Assembly: GCA_036679645.1 (NCBI GenBank)
Contig: JAZDCY010000052.1
Location: forward strand, 1 to 26,041
Direction: 5' to 3'
From: Gemmatimonadota bacterium
GTDB taxonomy: Bacteria > Gemmatimonadota > Gemmatimonadetes > Gemmatimonadales > GWC2-71-9
Length of the DNA stretch: 26,041 bases
The stretch's first letter is position 1, and each line of letters begins with the position of its first letter. The translations under genes were made by a program, and so were the position numbers. The notes under the pieces are model-generated. The model had not been told where the DNA came from. It saw only the letters and a program-made list of their open reading frames with translations, and searched no databases. Positions 1 through 10,115 of this stretch are shown piece by piece.

Positions 1-1
1 G

Positions 2-448
2 GGACAGTCGGGTGAACGCCGCAACATCTCCCGGCCCATCAGCGCGTGGACAGCCGACTGGCGGGCTCTGGCGCACAACCACGAGCTGCGCTGGCCCTAC
101 GTGTTCGTCTCGGCCTACGAAGACGGGCTCCAGGTATTCAACATGATGGATCCGGAGAATCCCGTGACGGTGGGATGGTACTACACGTACGATGGCCCAC
201 ACATGCGCGGCTACGGCGGCTCCGCCGCGACCGACATGCGGGGAACGAGCGTCATGAACGGCGCGTTCGGGGTCGACGTGCGCAACGTTGATGGCCTTAT
301 CGGTATCACTGACTCGGCAACCGGGTTTTGGCTGTTCAAGCTCGACGGATTCATGGGCTGGAACGGCGAAGACTGGGGCATGCCGAACGTGTCGTCGGTG
401 CAGGACTGGGATCGGGGGCCGGTACGCGCGGGAGCGGCTATTCCCTAG
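2..448 (+). CDS. LVIVD-repeat / choice-of-anchor-B-like beta-propeller protein, C-terminal part (5' end outside window)
   Basis: The frame of ORF 101..448 is open back to position 2 (GQSGERRNISRPISAWTADWRALAHNHELRWPYVFVSAYEDGLQVFNMMDPENPVTVGWY...GAFGVDV...DSATGFW). The HN...Y-x-x-GL-x-V...D-P-x-x-P...VG pattern is typical of LVIVD-type repeats. TAG stop at 446-448. Confidence 0.6.
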   Translation, partial: GQSGERRNISRPISAWTADWRALAHNHELRWPYVFVSAYEDGLQVFNMMDPENPVTVGWYYTYDGPHMRGYGGSAATDMRGTSVMNGAFGVDVRNVDGLIGITDSATGFWLFKLDGFMGWNGEDWGMPNVSSVQDWDRGPVRAGAAIP

Positions 449-451
449 CGG

Positions 452-3400
452 TCAGCGCCTCTGCTGTCCCCGCCCGCGGGCACGCCCCGCGTTTCGTAAC
501 GCTGCCGGAAGCAACGCCCACTGCTCTTCCGTCAGGATCTCGCGCACCGCTCGCACCGCGGCCAGTACGTTGGTGCGGGCGGCCTGCGTCCCTGGGCGCA
601 TGACGGCGACCAGATCCTGAGGGTTGTTGGTCCCCACCGCCTCGAGATCCTCCTGAAGCTCGGCGGCCAGTGAATCGTTGCGCGCGGTGAGCGTATCACC
701 AACCGCGCCGATGGCGGACACCTGTTGATCGGTCAGGTCCAATGAGTCCCGCATCCCGATGACGATGTCGGCGGGGTTGGGGAACAGCGAGCGGAACCGT
801 TCGAGGAACTCCGCCGGAGACCCGAGCCCGCCACCGCGCGCACCGGGGCCGAAGCCGCCGCCACCCCGCCGGCCACCGCCGCGACCGGCACCACGCAGGC
901 GATCGATGGCAGCCTGCCGACGATCCGGTCCAAGTGAAACCCGCGCTTGGATACCGAGCTGGAAAGGCGACACCCGAGACGCCGCGCCGGCACGCGCATC
1001 GCCAAAGCGCTCGTTCACGGCATAGCTGAATTGTTGCGTAGCCGGCTCAAAGCCAGTCACAAAGAGCAACGTCCGGTCCGGCCGCGAGCGTAGCCCCCAC
1101 CCTCTCAGGTTCTCCGATCCATGCAACAGCTCGTCGATGCCGTGGAGCATGTTCACCGTGACGAGCGACAACTGGAACCGACCGCTCAACCCGAGGACCC
1201 GCGGCCGGTAGTTGAGCTGGAGGTCGAACGACGTCTGCCACGGTCCGATGCAGCTATTCCGCTCGGCGATTCGCCCCACTTGCCGTTGCAGACACGCGCG
1301 CGCACTCGACGACGTCGATGCGAGGAGGTTAGCCATGCCACTCGACACCCCGGCGGGCACGGTGACGTTCGGATCGAAAACGAACGCGCGATCGTTGCGG
1401 GCGCCATCGCCGTTGATGTCGGTCGCAACCAGCGGCGTGTACGGCACTCCCGACGTGATTCGCCCAATGGCGGTGATCTCGAGTGATGTCCCGATCGGAA
1501 GCGAGATGGTGGAGAGAAAGGCGTGCCGGCGCTCGAAGTCCCCCCTACTCCACTCACGCGTGTTGGGGTTCCCGCCCGTCGTGCTGGAGCCAAATGCCGC
1601 AGACGCGAGTCGCACCGATCCCGACGACTGGTCCCGCACGTGTTGCCACGTGTACGAGGCCTGCATCCGAATCCCGCCGCGCGTGAACCCGCCCAGGCTC
1701 ACCGTGACCTGCTTCGTATCCGACGCGAGGCCCGAGCCGATCTGCAGCACCTGCCCGAACGCGTCGTCGCGCCGCGAGTCCGCCAGCCGCACGGCGCCCG
1801 TCGCCGGCACGACCCGTCCCGGTACCACGAATACCGGCCGTCCCGCCTCTCCGAGCAGCGTAAAACCGCCTCCGGTGTCGAGGTTTAGATCACCGAATCC
1901 GTACTGGCTCGTGCCGCGCGCATATGTAAAGTCCATGGAGAGACGCAGTAGCGACGTCAGACTGCGCTGAAAGCCAAGTGACGCGCGCCATGACTTGGGA
2001 GCACCGAAATCGGAACTAAAGAGTGTCGCGGTCGGTGCGCGTCCGGGAGCCCCCGCTCCCGCGGGTGCCACCGTGCATCCGTCGGGAAGCATCGCCGCGT
2101 CATCACCATACGCGGGCCAGTCCGGCGGAGGAACGAGTGCACCGTTGCACGTGATTTCGGATTCGGATGTCGCGAGGCCGGTCGAGGACTGCACGAGTGC
2201 GGCGAGCTGCGTTGGGATGGGGCTGCGGAACGCGCCGACCCCACCGCGCACGATCCATCCCGGACGGCCGCCTCGTGCGCCGGCCCCGGCGGCCCCACCG
2301 GCGCGCAGGGTGAACCCCACCCGGGGACTCAGCGTCATTTCTGATGGAAGGCGATCGGTGCGCCGACCGAACGCAGACTCGAGCGCCGCATTGCGATCGG
2401 GGGGATTGGGAAGGGTGGTACCCTCGAGACGGAGCCCGTAGATCACCTGCAGCGCCGAGCTGACGCGAAACGCGTCTCCCACGTACAGCGCGTACTCGAG
2501 GCTGCGGGTGTTTCGTTCATCGGGTGCGACCGTGCGCCGGAACGTCGCGGCGTTTCCCTGCTCGAGCGCCCCAAGCGACCGAAAGGTGTAGGTCCCCGAC
2601 TGGTTGCGCGATCGGATATCGTTCGAAGACAGCGATGTCACGAGCCCACCGAGCTTGAACCGGTGTCGACCCCTGCCCGGTAGCCAGGACAGCTCTTCCA
2701 CCAACTCGATTGTCGTCGACCGCGAGTAGGTTGGCAGCCGCGCGCTTCCGCCAAGCACGAGCGTGCGAATGCCGGTGGAGCCATCGCCCAGATCCGACGC
2801 CACCTGAACGCGGCCCTGCGGCGTGTAGAACAGGAACGGGTCGCCGTCGCGCCGCGAGCGCGCAACGTAGACCTGCGCCTCGTTGAGGAAACTCAGCCCA
2901 ATACGCGATGCGAGGCGCGCCATGATACCGCCGCCGCGGTTCTCGGTCGTTCCTCCCGCTTCGGGCAGCCCGAGCCGCGACACCCGGGTGGGATCCTGGG
3001 ACGTGCCACGCCAGTCGCCGCGCAGCGTCAGTGTGTGATCGTTCGACAGCAGGTAATCGAATCGCAGCAGCGCCGACAGATTGTCGTTCGAGCGCGACTC
3101 GTCGAGCACGAGTCCTGTGGTGGTCCCCAGAGCGTTCGCGATGGCGATGAAGCGTGCGACCGAATCGGGCGCGACGCCCAGGCGTTCGAGATCTTCCGGG
3201 TTGGCCGTCGTGAGCGCGGCCAACGGATCGGATCGCAGCCGCCCCTGTCCTGATGCATACACGAAGAACCGATTGGGAATAATGGGCCCACCTGCCCCAC
3301 CGCTCAGCCGGTGTTGCGTAAACCCGGACGTGAACGGCGAGTCGCCTGTGGCCTCGATGGCGAGATCGTCATCTCGCAGCGAGTAGTTACCCGAACTCTG

Positions 3401-4186
3401 AAATCGGTTCGAGCCGCCTCGCGAGGTCGCGGCAATCAACCCGCCACTGAACCGGCCCCGCGAGACGTCGTACGTGCCCGTGATGATCCGCGTCTGCCGG
3501 AGCCCATCTTGCGGCACGTTGCCCGACCGGAACGTCATGCCGTCGAGCGTGATTGCGTTGGCGTCCGGGCGCTGCCCAGCGACCGAGAACGACGCATCGG
3601 TGCTGTCTGTCTCCTCGAGTCCAACAACGCCCGGGACAAGTGTCGCGAGCACGTTGAGATCTTCGGGCTCGATCGGCAGCGCCGCGATCTGTCCGGGCAG
3701 CAAGTTCCGCTCGGTCGCGCCCGGCGTCTGCGGGTCCGGGATCCGGACGGGAGTAAGTCGCGCCTCCACCTCGATGGGGGCCAGCAGAAAAGGCTGTGTA
3801 GTCATCCGGATATCCCACACCAGCCGATCCTCATCTGCGTACCGCTCCAGCGTCGTCTGCATTGGTGCCATGCCAATGCGACGCGCCGTCATGCGATACT
3901 GTCCACCGCCATCGGGAAAGAGAAGTGTGTACCGGCCCAACCGGTTGGTCTGGGTGGTCCGAACGATCTGGGTTTCCAGGGAAAGGGCCTCTATGACCAC
4001 GTCGCGCAGTGGATTGCCAAGCGAATCGGTGACCACGCCCATGATGATGTCCGTCGTAGCACCAACCTGCGCCCGCACCGGCGGCGGTCGGAACACCACA
4101 GCGATCAGCAGTAGCACGAGGAACCATCGGGCCAGCGAGGTCGGTCGGCCCACCGCCACGTGTGCTCCAGCTTTGGGAGGGGACAT
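452..4186 (-). CDS. TonB-dependent receptor-like (Oar/OmpA-related) outer-membrane protein with N-terminal carboxypeptidase-regulatory-like domain, about 1244 aa
   Basis: Signal peptide WFLVLLLIAVVFRPPPVRA-Q. CarboxypepD_reg-like segment IMGVVTDSLGNPL...TNRLGRYTL...GQYRMTARRIG. Plug-like LATLVPGV...FSVAGQRPDANAITLDG...YDVSRGRFSGG. Barrel motifs LYVGDAFRVSSALQVIYGLR, LSPRVGFT and DINGDG. Start moved from 4348 (inside the upstream gene) to ATG 4186; GTG 4159, preceded by GGAG, is an alternative. Confidence 0.8.
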   Translation of the reverse strand: MSPPKAGAHVAVGRPTSLARWFLVLLLIAVVFRPPPVRAQVGATTDIIMGVVTDSLGNPLRDVVIEALSLETQIVRTTQTNRLGRYTLLFPDGGGQYRMTARRIGMAPMQTTLERYADEDRLVWDIRMTTQPFLLAPIEVEARLTPVRIPDPQTPGATERNLLPGQIAALPIEPEDLNVLATLVPGVVGLEETDSTDASFSVAGQRPDANAITLDGMTFRSGNVPQDGLRQTRIITGTYDVSRGRFSGGLIAATSRGGSNRFQSSGNYSLRDDDLAIEATGDSPFTSGFTQHRLSGGAGGPIIPNRFFVYASGQGRLRSDPLAALTTANPEDLERLGVAPDSVARFIAIANALGTTTGLVLDESRSNDNLSALLRFDYLLSNDHTLTLRGDWRGTSQDPTRVSRLGLPEAGGTTENRGGGIMARLASRIGLSFLNEAQVYVARSRRDGDPFLFYTPQGRVQVASDLGDGSTGIRTLVLGGSARLPTYSRSTTIELVEELSWLPGRGRHRFKLGGLVTSLSSNDIRSRNQSGTYTFRSLGALEQGNAATFRRTVAPDERNTRSLEYALYVGDAFRVSSALQVIYGLRLEGTTLPNPPDRNAALESAFGRRTDRLPSEMTLSPRVGFTLRAGGAAGAGARGGRPGWIVRGGVGAFRSPIPTQLAALVQSSTGLATSESEITCNGALVPPPDWPAYGDDAAMLPDGCTVAPAGAGAPGRAPTATLFSSDFGAPKSWRASLGFQRSLTSLLRLSMDFTYARGTSQYGFGDLNLDTGGGFTLLGEAGRPVFVVPGRVVPATGAVRLADSRRDDAFGQVLQIGSGLASDTKQVTVSLGGFTRGGIRMQASYTWQHVRDQSSGSVRLASAAFGSSTTGGNPNTREWSRGDFERRHAFLSTISLPIGTSLEITAIGRITSGVPYTPLVATDINGDGARNDRAFVFDPNVTVPAGVSSGMANLLASTSSSARACLQRQVGRIAERNSCIGPWQTSFDLQLNYRPRVLGLSGRFQLSLVTVNMLHGIDELLHGSENLRGWGLRSRPDRTLLFVTGFEPATQQFSYAVNERFGDARAGAASRVSPFQLGIQARVSLGPDRRQAAIDRLRGAGRGGGRRGGGGFGPGARGGGLGSPAEFLERFRSLFPNPADIVIGMRDSLDLTDQQVSAIGAVGDTLTARNDSLAAELQEDLEAVGTNNPQDLVAVMRPGTQAARTNVLAAVRAVREILTEEQWALLPAALRNAGRARGRGQQRR

Positions 4187-4217
4187 CACCTCTAGTACGG
4201 TTTGACGTGCCGGTTTG

Positions 4218-7200
4218 TTAGTCCGGCGGCCGGCGTGTCGACGCCTCCGCGACGACCAAATCCTCCGCGAGCACGCGGTCCAATGCCGCGACCAGGCGGT
4301 CTCCGTCTTCGGCGCTGAAGACCATCGGCGGCTTGATCTTGAGCACATTGGCGTCCGGGCCGTCGGTGCTCAGCAGCACGCCCAGTTCCTTCATGCGCTC
4401 AACGACGTAGCGCGCCACCGCCGGCGCGGGCTCGCGGGTTTGCCGGTTACGCACGAGTTCCACCCCGAGGAACAATCCGCGGCCGCGTACGTCGCCAATG
4501 ACCGGATGACTCTGCTGCAACGCCGTGAGCCGCTCGCGCAATGCGCTTCCGACATCGAGCGCGTGCTGTTGCAGCCCTTGCCCCTCGATCACGTCGAGCA
4601 CAGCTAGCCCCACCGCGCACGAGACCGGATTTCCGCCAAATGTGTTGAAGTACTCCATTCCATCGTCAAAGGACATGGCGATTGCCGCTGTCGTCACGAC
4701 GGCACCCAGGGGATGACCGTTCCCGATCGGTTTGCCCAGGGTCACGATATCCGGCACGACGTCTTGTGTCTCGAATCCCCAGAAGTGCGACCCCATCCGT
4801 CCAAATCCAATTTGCACCTCGTCGGCGATGCACACGGCGCCGGCGGCCCGCGCGTGTGCGTAGGCTGCGGCCAGATAACCTGGCGGCGGATCGATCTGGC
4901 CGCCGCACCCCATCAGCGACTCGCTGAGAAACGCCGACACTGTGCGGCCCGCCCGGTGCGCACGCTCTAACGCGCGCCGGACGTCTTCGGCGTATTTTCT
5001 CCCTCGATCGCTATCCTCGCGGCGGAACTGGCCGCGGTAGTCATCCGGCATCTCAGCGACGTGGACGTGCGGAGGCGCGCCCTGTCCACCGGTGCCATCA
5101 AACTTGTACGGGCTCGCGTCGATCAAGGCCCCTGTATTCCCATGGTACGCCCCACGAAGAACGACGAGATCCGTCCCACCCGTGTGCGCGCGCGCCAGCC
5201 GCAACGCCAGTTCATTCGCCTCGCTGCCCGAGCACACCAGGTAGCACACCGTCAACGGATCCGGAAACAGGCGGCACAACCGGGCAGCGTACTCGAGGAT
5301 TGCCTCGTGGAGATATCGTGTGTTCGTGTTGAGGACGGCCATCTGGCGTGCCGCAGCACGTACCACCGTGGGATGACTGTGCCCGACATGGGCCACGTTG
5401 TTGACCGCATCGAGATATGTGCGGCCGGCTGCATCGTACAGCGTTTGTCCTCGACCCCGTACTACGTGCAGCGGCTCCTGGTATGCGACGGATAGCCCGG
5501 GACCGATCAGTTGCTGACGCGACCCTGTGAGCGCACCCACCGATCGCTCTGGTGCCCGCAGTTCCCGAGGAAGTGCAAGCAACAGGTTGGGATCGGGAGA
5601 CAGGGAACGCCACACCTCCCGCTCCCCGGGAGCCGCGACACCCGGAAAGTCGGCTTGCGCGTCCAGTACATCGGTAATGAGCTGGAGATGGAGGTGCGGC
5701 GGCCAGTTCCCGTTCACCTCGAACGCACCGAGATGCGCCAGTACGTCACCTCGCCGAACCTTCGTTCCGGGTTTCACGCGTGCGAGACACTCCGGATCGA
5801 GATGGCCGTAGAGCGTGAAGAAACGTGGACCGTCACCGGGCGCGTGCTCGAGAATGATTGCCGGCCCATAGTCGAGCGGCACCGCGTTGTTCTTGATCGA
5901 GTGCACCGTGCCGTCCAGCGGTGCCAAAATTTCCGTGCCGGGTGGCGCGAAAAGATCGACGCCCATGTGGATGGTCCGTCGCTCCGACGACCCTGTTGGA
6001 GACCCACCGAACTCGTCGCGCGTGTAGACGAGACGTGCCTCGTTGTACCGGCCAATCCCAACTCCCCCACCTGCAGCCTCAATGAAGGCATCGACCGCAT
6101 CGCACAATTCAGGTGTACCAGTCTGTCGATCGGAGTCGGGAAAGTCTGCGCTACCAACATGGAGGTCGATCTCAACGCAGGATTCGGTTGATGGGTCGGG
6201 AGACATGACGGGGCCCGCCGCTCCGCGGTGCGCTTCCAGCCAATGCACGACCGATCGACTATGGGGACACGCATCCAGACCACACGCGTCGCGCAAGACA
6301 TTCCGGGCAAGTCGCGGGTGAACCGCGGTGAGCCGGCCCAGCGCGTGCCACGCAGGTGCCTCACTCACGGCGAGATACTCGTGGTCTGGTTCCTCCGCCC
6401 CGCGTCGTGCCGAGATGCAGACGCTCACCGCGAGCCGCGCGGCGATCAGCACCGGTAGCACCTCCAGTTCGTCTTCCACCAGCGGAAAGGCATCGTGGTA
6501 TCCGGAAATGACGTGCGCCGCGGCGCGGAGTGGATTGGCCTGCTCGAGCAATCCGTACGCAGCGGCAATGGCCGGATCGGCAACGGTGATGCTCTCGAGC
6601 ATGTCCCCGAAATCGATGAACCCGGTCACCGGCCGCGGTACGTCCCGCGGATCGCCGACCAGCACGTTATAGTCGTTGGCGTCGTTGTGGATGACAGACC
6701 GGCGTAACGACCGCATTCGTGGCGCCACGATGTCATCCCACCACGTGACTACCATGTCTATCGTCGCACGCCGGGCGGCATCGGTCACGTAGCCGAGGTG
6801 GCTGGCGATAACGTCACGTGAGCGCGTCAGATCCCAGTACAGCTCGCGCGCGGCGGCGGGATGTGAGAAACCGGTGAGCGACCGGTCGAGCGTGCCCAAG
6901 TGCCACCCCACGAGGCGCAACAGTGTGCCGTCTCGCGGCCGCGCGTGGGCGAGCGGTGTACCTTCCAGGTACGTGAGCATTCGCACCCAATGCGCCACGC
7001 CACCTCGCTCGATCCGGCTCATCTCCTCGCCACTCGTCGTGCATACGACACGCGGCACCGGTACGTCGCTCGCCTCGGACGCCAGCCGGATCAGCGCGGC
7101 GTGTTGCAGCTCGAGTACATCCCGTTGCTCTGATGCGGAAGAAATTTTCAGAACGAAGCCGTTTCCGTCCGAAACCGATACCCGGAAATTCTGATCCCGT

Positions 7201-7316
7201 TCGCTCGGCAGCGAGTCGATCGACCCCTCTTTCCTAAAAATATCCGCCGCGAGTTGCTTTGCTTCCTCCGGACTGAAACGGGGCCGCTGCGTGTCCAGCA
7301 CGGGAACGTGGGTCAC
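4218..7316 (-). CDS. Three-domain fusion: APH-family (hydroxylysine-kinase-like) phosphotransferase + M23 peptidase domain + class-III PLP enzyme (ETNPPL/PHYKPL-like phospho-lyase)
   Basis: Kinase motifs [33 protein letters not shown]23 motifs HMGVD (H450) and PPHLHLQ (H541/H543). Class-III motifs [61 protein letters not shown] (PLP Lys862), [18 protein letters not shown] start overlaps the upstream TGA (GTGA, 7313-7316). Confidence 0.88.
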   Translation of the reverse strand: MTHVPVLDTQRPRFSPEEAKQLAADIFRKEGSIDSLPSERDQNFRVSVSDGNGFVLKISSASEQRDVLELQHAALIRLASEASDVPVPRVVCTTSGEEMSRIERGGVAHWVRMLTYLEGTPLAHARPRDGTLLRLVGWHLGTLDRSLTGFSHPAAARELYWDLTRSRDVIASHLGYVTDAARRATIDMVVTWWDDIVAPRMRSLRRSVIHNDANDYNVLVGDPRDVPRPVTGFIDFGDMLESITVADPAIAAAYGLLEQANPLRAAAHVISGYHDAFPLVEDELEVLPVLIAARLAVSVCISARRGAEEPDHEYLAVSEAPAWHALGRLTAVHPRLARNVLRDACGLDACPHSRSVVHWLEAHRGAAGPVMSPDPSTESCVEIDLHVGSADFPDSDRQTGTPELCDAVDAFIEAAGGGVGIGRYNEARLVYTRDEFGGSPTGSSERRTIHMGVDLFAPPGTEILAPLDGTVHSIKNNAVPLDYGPAIILEHAPGDGPRFFTLYGHLDPECLARVKPGTKVRRGDVLAHLGAFEVNGNWPPHLHLQLITDVLDAQADFPGVAAPGEREVWRSLSPDPNLLLALPRELRAPERSVGALTGSRQQLIGPGLSVAYQEPLHVVRGRGQTLYDAAGRTYLDAVNNVAHVGHSHPTVVRAAARQMAVLNTNTRYLHEAILEYAARLCRLFPDPLTVCYLVCSGSEANELALRLARAHTGGTDLVVLRGAYHGNTGALIDASPYKFDGTGGQGAPPHVHVAEMPDDYRGQFRREDSDRGRKYAEDVRRALERAHRAGRTVSAFLSESLMGCGGQIDPPPGYLAAAYAHARAAGAVCIADEVQIGFGRMGSHFWGFETQDVVPDIVTLGKPIGNGHPLGAVVTTAAIAMSFDDGMEYFNTFGGNPVSCAVGLAVLDVIEGQGLQQHALDVGSALRERLTALQQSHPVIGDVRGRGLFLGVELVRNRQTREPAPAVARYVVERMKELGVLLSTDGPDANVLKIKPPMVFSAEDGDRLVAALDRVLAEDLVVAEASTRRPPD

Positions 7317-8305
7317 GACGACAGATCGATACCCAGCAGCCGTGCCGCGTTACCGCCCAAGATTGCCTGCTCGCCATTGGGCGACAGGCCGAGCGAGCGG
7401 ATGCTCTCGACCATCTTGGCAAGGCTACCTATCTGGTGCGGGTAGTCGGAGCCGGCGAGGATGTGTTCAATGCCCGCAAACTCGACGGCGAGACGCAAGG
7501 CATTCGGGTCGAAGTTCACCGTATCGTAGTAGAACGACCGCAGGAACTCGCTTGGCGGACGCGAGATGTGTTCGCGACATTCGGCGAACGCTTCATACCC
7601 CCGATCGAGCCGCTCCGCGAGATAGGGAATTGCGCCACCGAGATGGCCCAGGACCCACCGGATGTTGGGATACCGTTCGACCACGCCACTAAACACGAGA
7701 CTCGCCGCAGCCAATGTCGTGTCGAACAGGAAACCGACCAACGGCATGAGCCAGTAGTCGGTCATCGCCTCCACGCCAAGCGGATAGGTCGGGTGGATGT
7801 AGAGCACCGCGCCGGTATCGTTCGCCCGCTCGTAAAGAGGCCGGAACCGTTCGTCTGAAAGCGCGACCCCGTTCACGTTCGAGTACAGCATGAAACCTCT
7901 TAAGCCGAGGTCTCCTGTTGCGCGCGTGAACTCGGCTACGGTTCCTTCCTGATCGTTCAGCGGCAACGTCCCCAGTGTCGTGAATCGGGTGGGGTAGGCC
8001 CCGACAGCGGCCGCCAGCGCGTCGTTGGCGAGCCGCGCGAGCTGGACTGACCGTGCGGGCGTCTCGATGACCGTTCCGGGCGCGGTGAACGTGATGACCT
8101 GCATGTCGATACCGGCCTCATCGATGACCTCCACGCGAAACGCCGCGTCTCGGTGGCCCGGCACGATGATATTGGCGTCGCCCGGCGAATGTAGCACTGG
8201 GTTTCCGTCGTCATCGTCGGTGACCCTGATGGGACTGGGTCCCTTGCGCAACGCCTCGATGTACTCCGGCGGATAGAAATGGTTGTGGAAGTCGATGACG
8301 ATCAT
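7313..8305 (-). CDS. Amidohydrolase_2 family protein (ACMSD / non-oxidative decarboxylase-like), 330 aa
   Basis: IDFHNH metal motif at the N-terminus, then YIHP, LGHLGGAIPYLAERL, YYDT and GSDYPH. True start is ATG 8305, preceded by GGAG and overlapping the permease stop (ATGA). Confidence 0.85.
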   Translation of the reverse strand: MIVIDFHNHFYPPEYIEALRKGPSPIRVTDDDDGNPVLHSPGDANIIVPGHRDAAFRVEVIDEAGIDMQVITFTAPGTVIETPARSVQLARLANDALAAAVGAYPTRFTTLGTLPLNDQEGTVAEFTRATGDLGLRGFMLYSNVNGVALSDERFRPLYERANDTGAVLYIHPTYPLGVEAMTDYWLMPLVGFLFDTTLAAASLVFSGVVERYPNIRWVLGHLGGAIPYLAERLDRGYEAFAECREHISRPPSEFLRSFYYDTVNFDPNALRLAVEFAGIEHILAGSDYPHQIGSLAKMVESIRSLGLSPNGEQAILGGNAARLLGIDLSS

Positions 8306-9621
8306 GCTCCATCTCCAGACATGTTCCGGCGACCCCAGATCGCGTACACGGGAATACCCACCGCAACAAAGGCCAAGCCCACGAGGCTCTCCCTGGTGTT
8401 CGTGATGATCTGGTTCGCGACGATGGCAAATGATGCCAGCGCGAACAGGACGGGCAAGACCGGGTAACCGAACGCGGAGTACTGGCGCTGAACATCGGTC
8501 CGGCGGCGGACGACCACCGTGCCGAGCGCCAGTAGAGCAAAGAAGATCCACTCGGTGTAGATCACGCGCGTAAAGAGCGTCCGATACGTTCCGGTCAACA
8601 CGAGCAACGACGACCAGATGGCCTGCAAGACGATCGCCCGGTAGGGCGTACGATAGCGCGGATGTACGGCACCGATCCAGCGAAACAGCATTCCGTCCTG
8701 CACCATGGCATAGTAGACACGGGGACCAGCGAGCACGATGCCCGCGAGCGCCCCGAAGGTAGAGAACATCACGATCACCGCCATAACCGCCCCACCACCA
8801 AAGCCCAGCAGCGCATCGGCAAGATCGGCCGCGACCCGCGTGGACGTGGCCACGGTATCCAGGGGAAGGACGTACAGGTAAACGGCATTCATCGCCAGGT
8901 AACTTCCGGTGACGACCACCGTCCCAATCATGAGCGCCCGGGGAATGGTGCGTGCCGAATCGACGGTTTCCTCGGAGCTGTACGTGACCATGTGCCAGCC
9001 ACCGAACGCGAAGAGTCCCGCGACCATGGCAGTGAGAAACGACCCCAGCGATACACCACTACCCTGCGTCTGCGCACCGACGAAGTGATCCGGTAGTCGC
9101 GCGCCGAGGATCAGGCCTACGGTCACGATCAGCAAGATGGCGAGCAGCTTGCCGGCCGTGAACACCGTCTGGAGCCGGGCGCCGTGCTGCACGCCTGCGT
9201 AGTTCACCACCGACAATGCCACGATCACGCTGACCGCAACGACCCGGATTCCGACATCGCCCAGCGGTACCAGGAAACCCGCATAGCGAGCAAAGACAAC
9301 GGCGATCACGGCGATGATGCCCGAGTGCATGCTCCAGAACATCGCCCAGCCCCACAGGAACCCTACCGACGGATCGTATGCCTCGGAGAGATAGACGTAG
9401 ACACCGCCCGTGCGCGTAAAGGTGGACGCCAACTCGGCACACACCAGGGCGCCGGCGATCGTCAGCGCGCCCGAAAGCAGCCAGACCAGTAGCACCGCCG
9501 GGATGGACGGCACCTGTCCGGTGATCTCCGACGGCTGTACGAAGATGGAGGCGCCGATGATCGTCCCGATCACCAGCGCCGTCGCTTGCGGAAGCCTGAT
9601 GACGCGGCGGAGTTCCGTCAC
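8302..9621 (-). CDS. APC-superfamily amino acid permease (LAT/SteT-like)
   Basis: About 12 hydrophobic segments. Motifs IGTIIGASIF, AELAS...GGVYVYLSEAY...GFLWGW, FAFGGW...SEE, GPRVYYAM...DG and HPRYRTP. Confidence 0.92.
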   Translation of the reverse strand: MTELRRVIRLPQATALVIGTIIGASIFVQPSEITGQVPSIPAVLLVWLLSGALTIAGALVCAELASTFTRTGGVYVYLSEAYDPSVGFLWGWAMFWSMHSGIIAVIAVVFARYAGFLVPLGDVGIRVVAVSVIVALSVVNYAGVQHGARLQTVFTAGKLLAILLIVTVGLILGARLPDHFVGAQTQGSGVSLGSFLTAMVAGLFAFGGWHMVTYSSEETVDSARTIPRALMIGTVVVTGSYLAMNAVYLYVLPLDTVATSTRVAADLADALLGFGGGAVMAVIVMFSTFGALAGIVLAGPRVYYAMVQDGMLFRWIGAVHPRYRTPYRAIVLQAIWSSLLVLTGTYRTLFTRVIYTEWIFFALLALGTVVVRRRTDVQRQYSAFGYPVLPVLFALASFAIVANQIITNTRESLVGLAFVAVGIPVYAIWGRRNMSGDGA

Positions 9622-9633
9622 GCGGCGCCGGCG

Positions 9634-9984
9634 CTAAACGAGTTCGATCGTATCGGGATGGTTGGGTACCATGCAGAGGAACTCGAAGGCCTCGTCACCT
9701 TCGGTACGATACCAGTGCGGGGTTCCGGCCGGTATGAACACTACATCATCCTGCCGAACCTCGAACGTCTCGTCGCCAATCCCAATGGTCGCCCGACCGC
9801 GCAGCACGTACTGCTCGTGCTCGACCGCGTTGGTATGGGCGGGCATCCCGCCGCCTGGTTCCATGATGAACCGGCGCATGGCAAAATGCGGCCCTTCATC
9901 GGGGCCGATCAGCACCTGTCGGGTGGTCCCCGAGCCGGCCTGTACCGGCTCAGCAGGGAGCGCGCCAGCGCACTTGACCGACAT
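9634..9984 (-). CDS. Cupin-domain protein (single cupin_2), 116 aa
   Basis: FAMRRFIMEPGGGMPAHTNAVEHEQYVLRG and DVVFIPAGTPHWY cupin motifs. Start reassigned to ATG 9984, with GAGGT 5 nt upstream. Confidence 0.85.
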   Translation of the reverse strand: MSVKCAGALPAEPVQAGSGTTRQVLIGPDEGPHFAMRRFIMEPGGGMPAHTNAVEHEQYVLRGRATIGIGDETFEVRQDDVVFIPAGTPHWYRTEGDEAFEFLCMVPNHPDTIELV

Positions 9985-10115
9985 GTCCGACCTCGTCGCG
10001 TGAAAGACCCGGCTAAGGTATCCGTCGGTCGGGAATTGGGCGAGTGGCCCCGGTCGGCCGTCAATCGTGCGCCCTAACCGCTTCATTTCAGGACTCCTTA
10101 TGCTTACAGTCCATC

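Noticed and set aside
4187..4348. N-terminal extension of the 1298-aa ORF in the track (similar extensions on the ORFs starting at 8551, 10044, 10086, 12592, 12788, 17442 and 21371)
   Set aside because: These extensions overlap neighbouring genes or lack family-like sequence. Downstream starts fit SD motifs, signal peptides or domain boundaries better.
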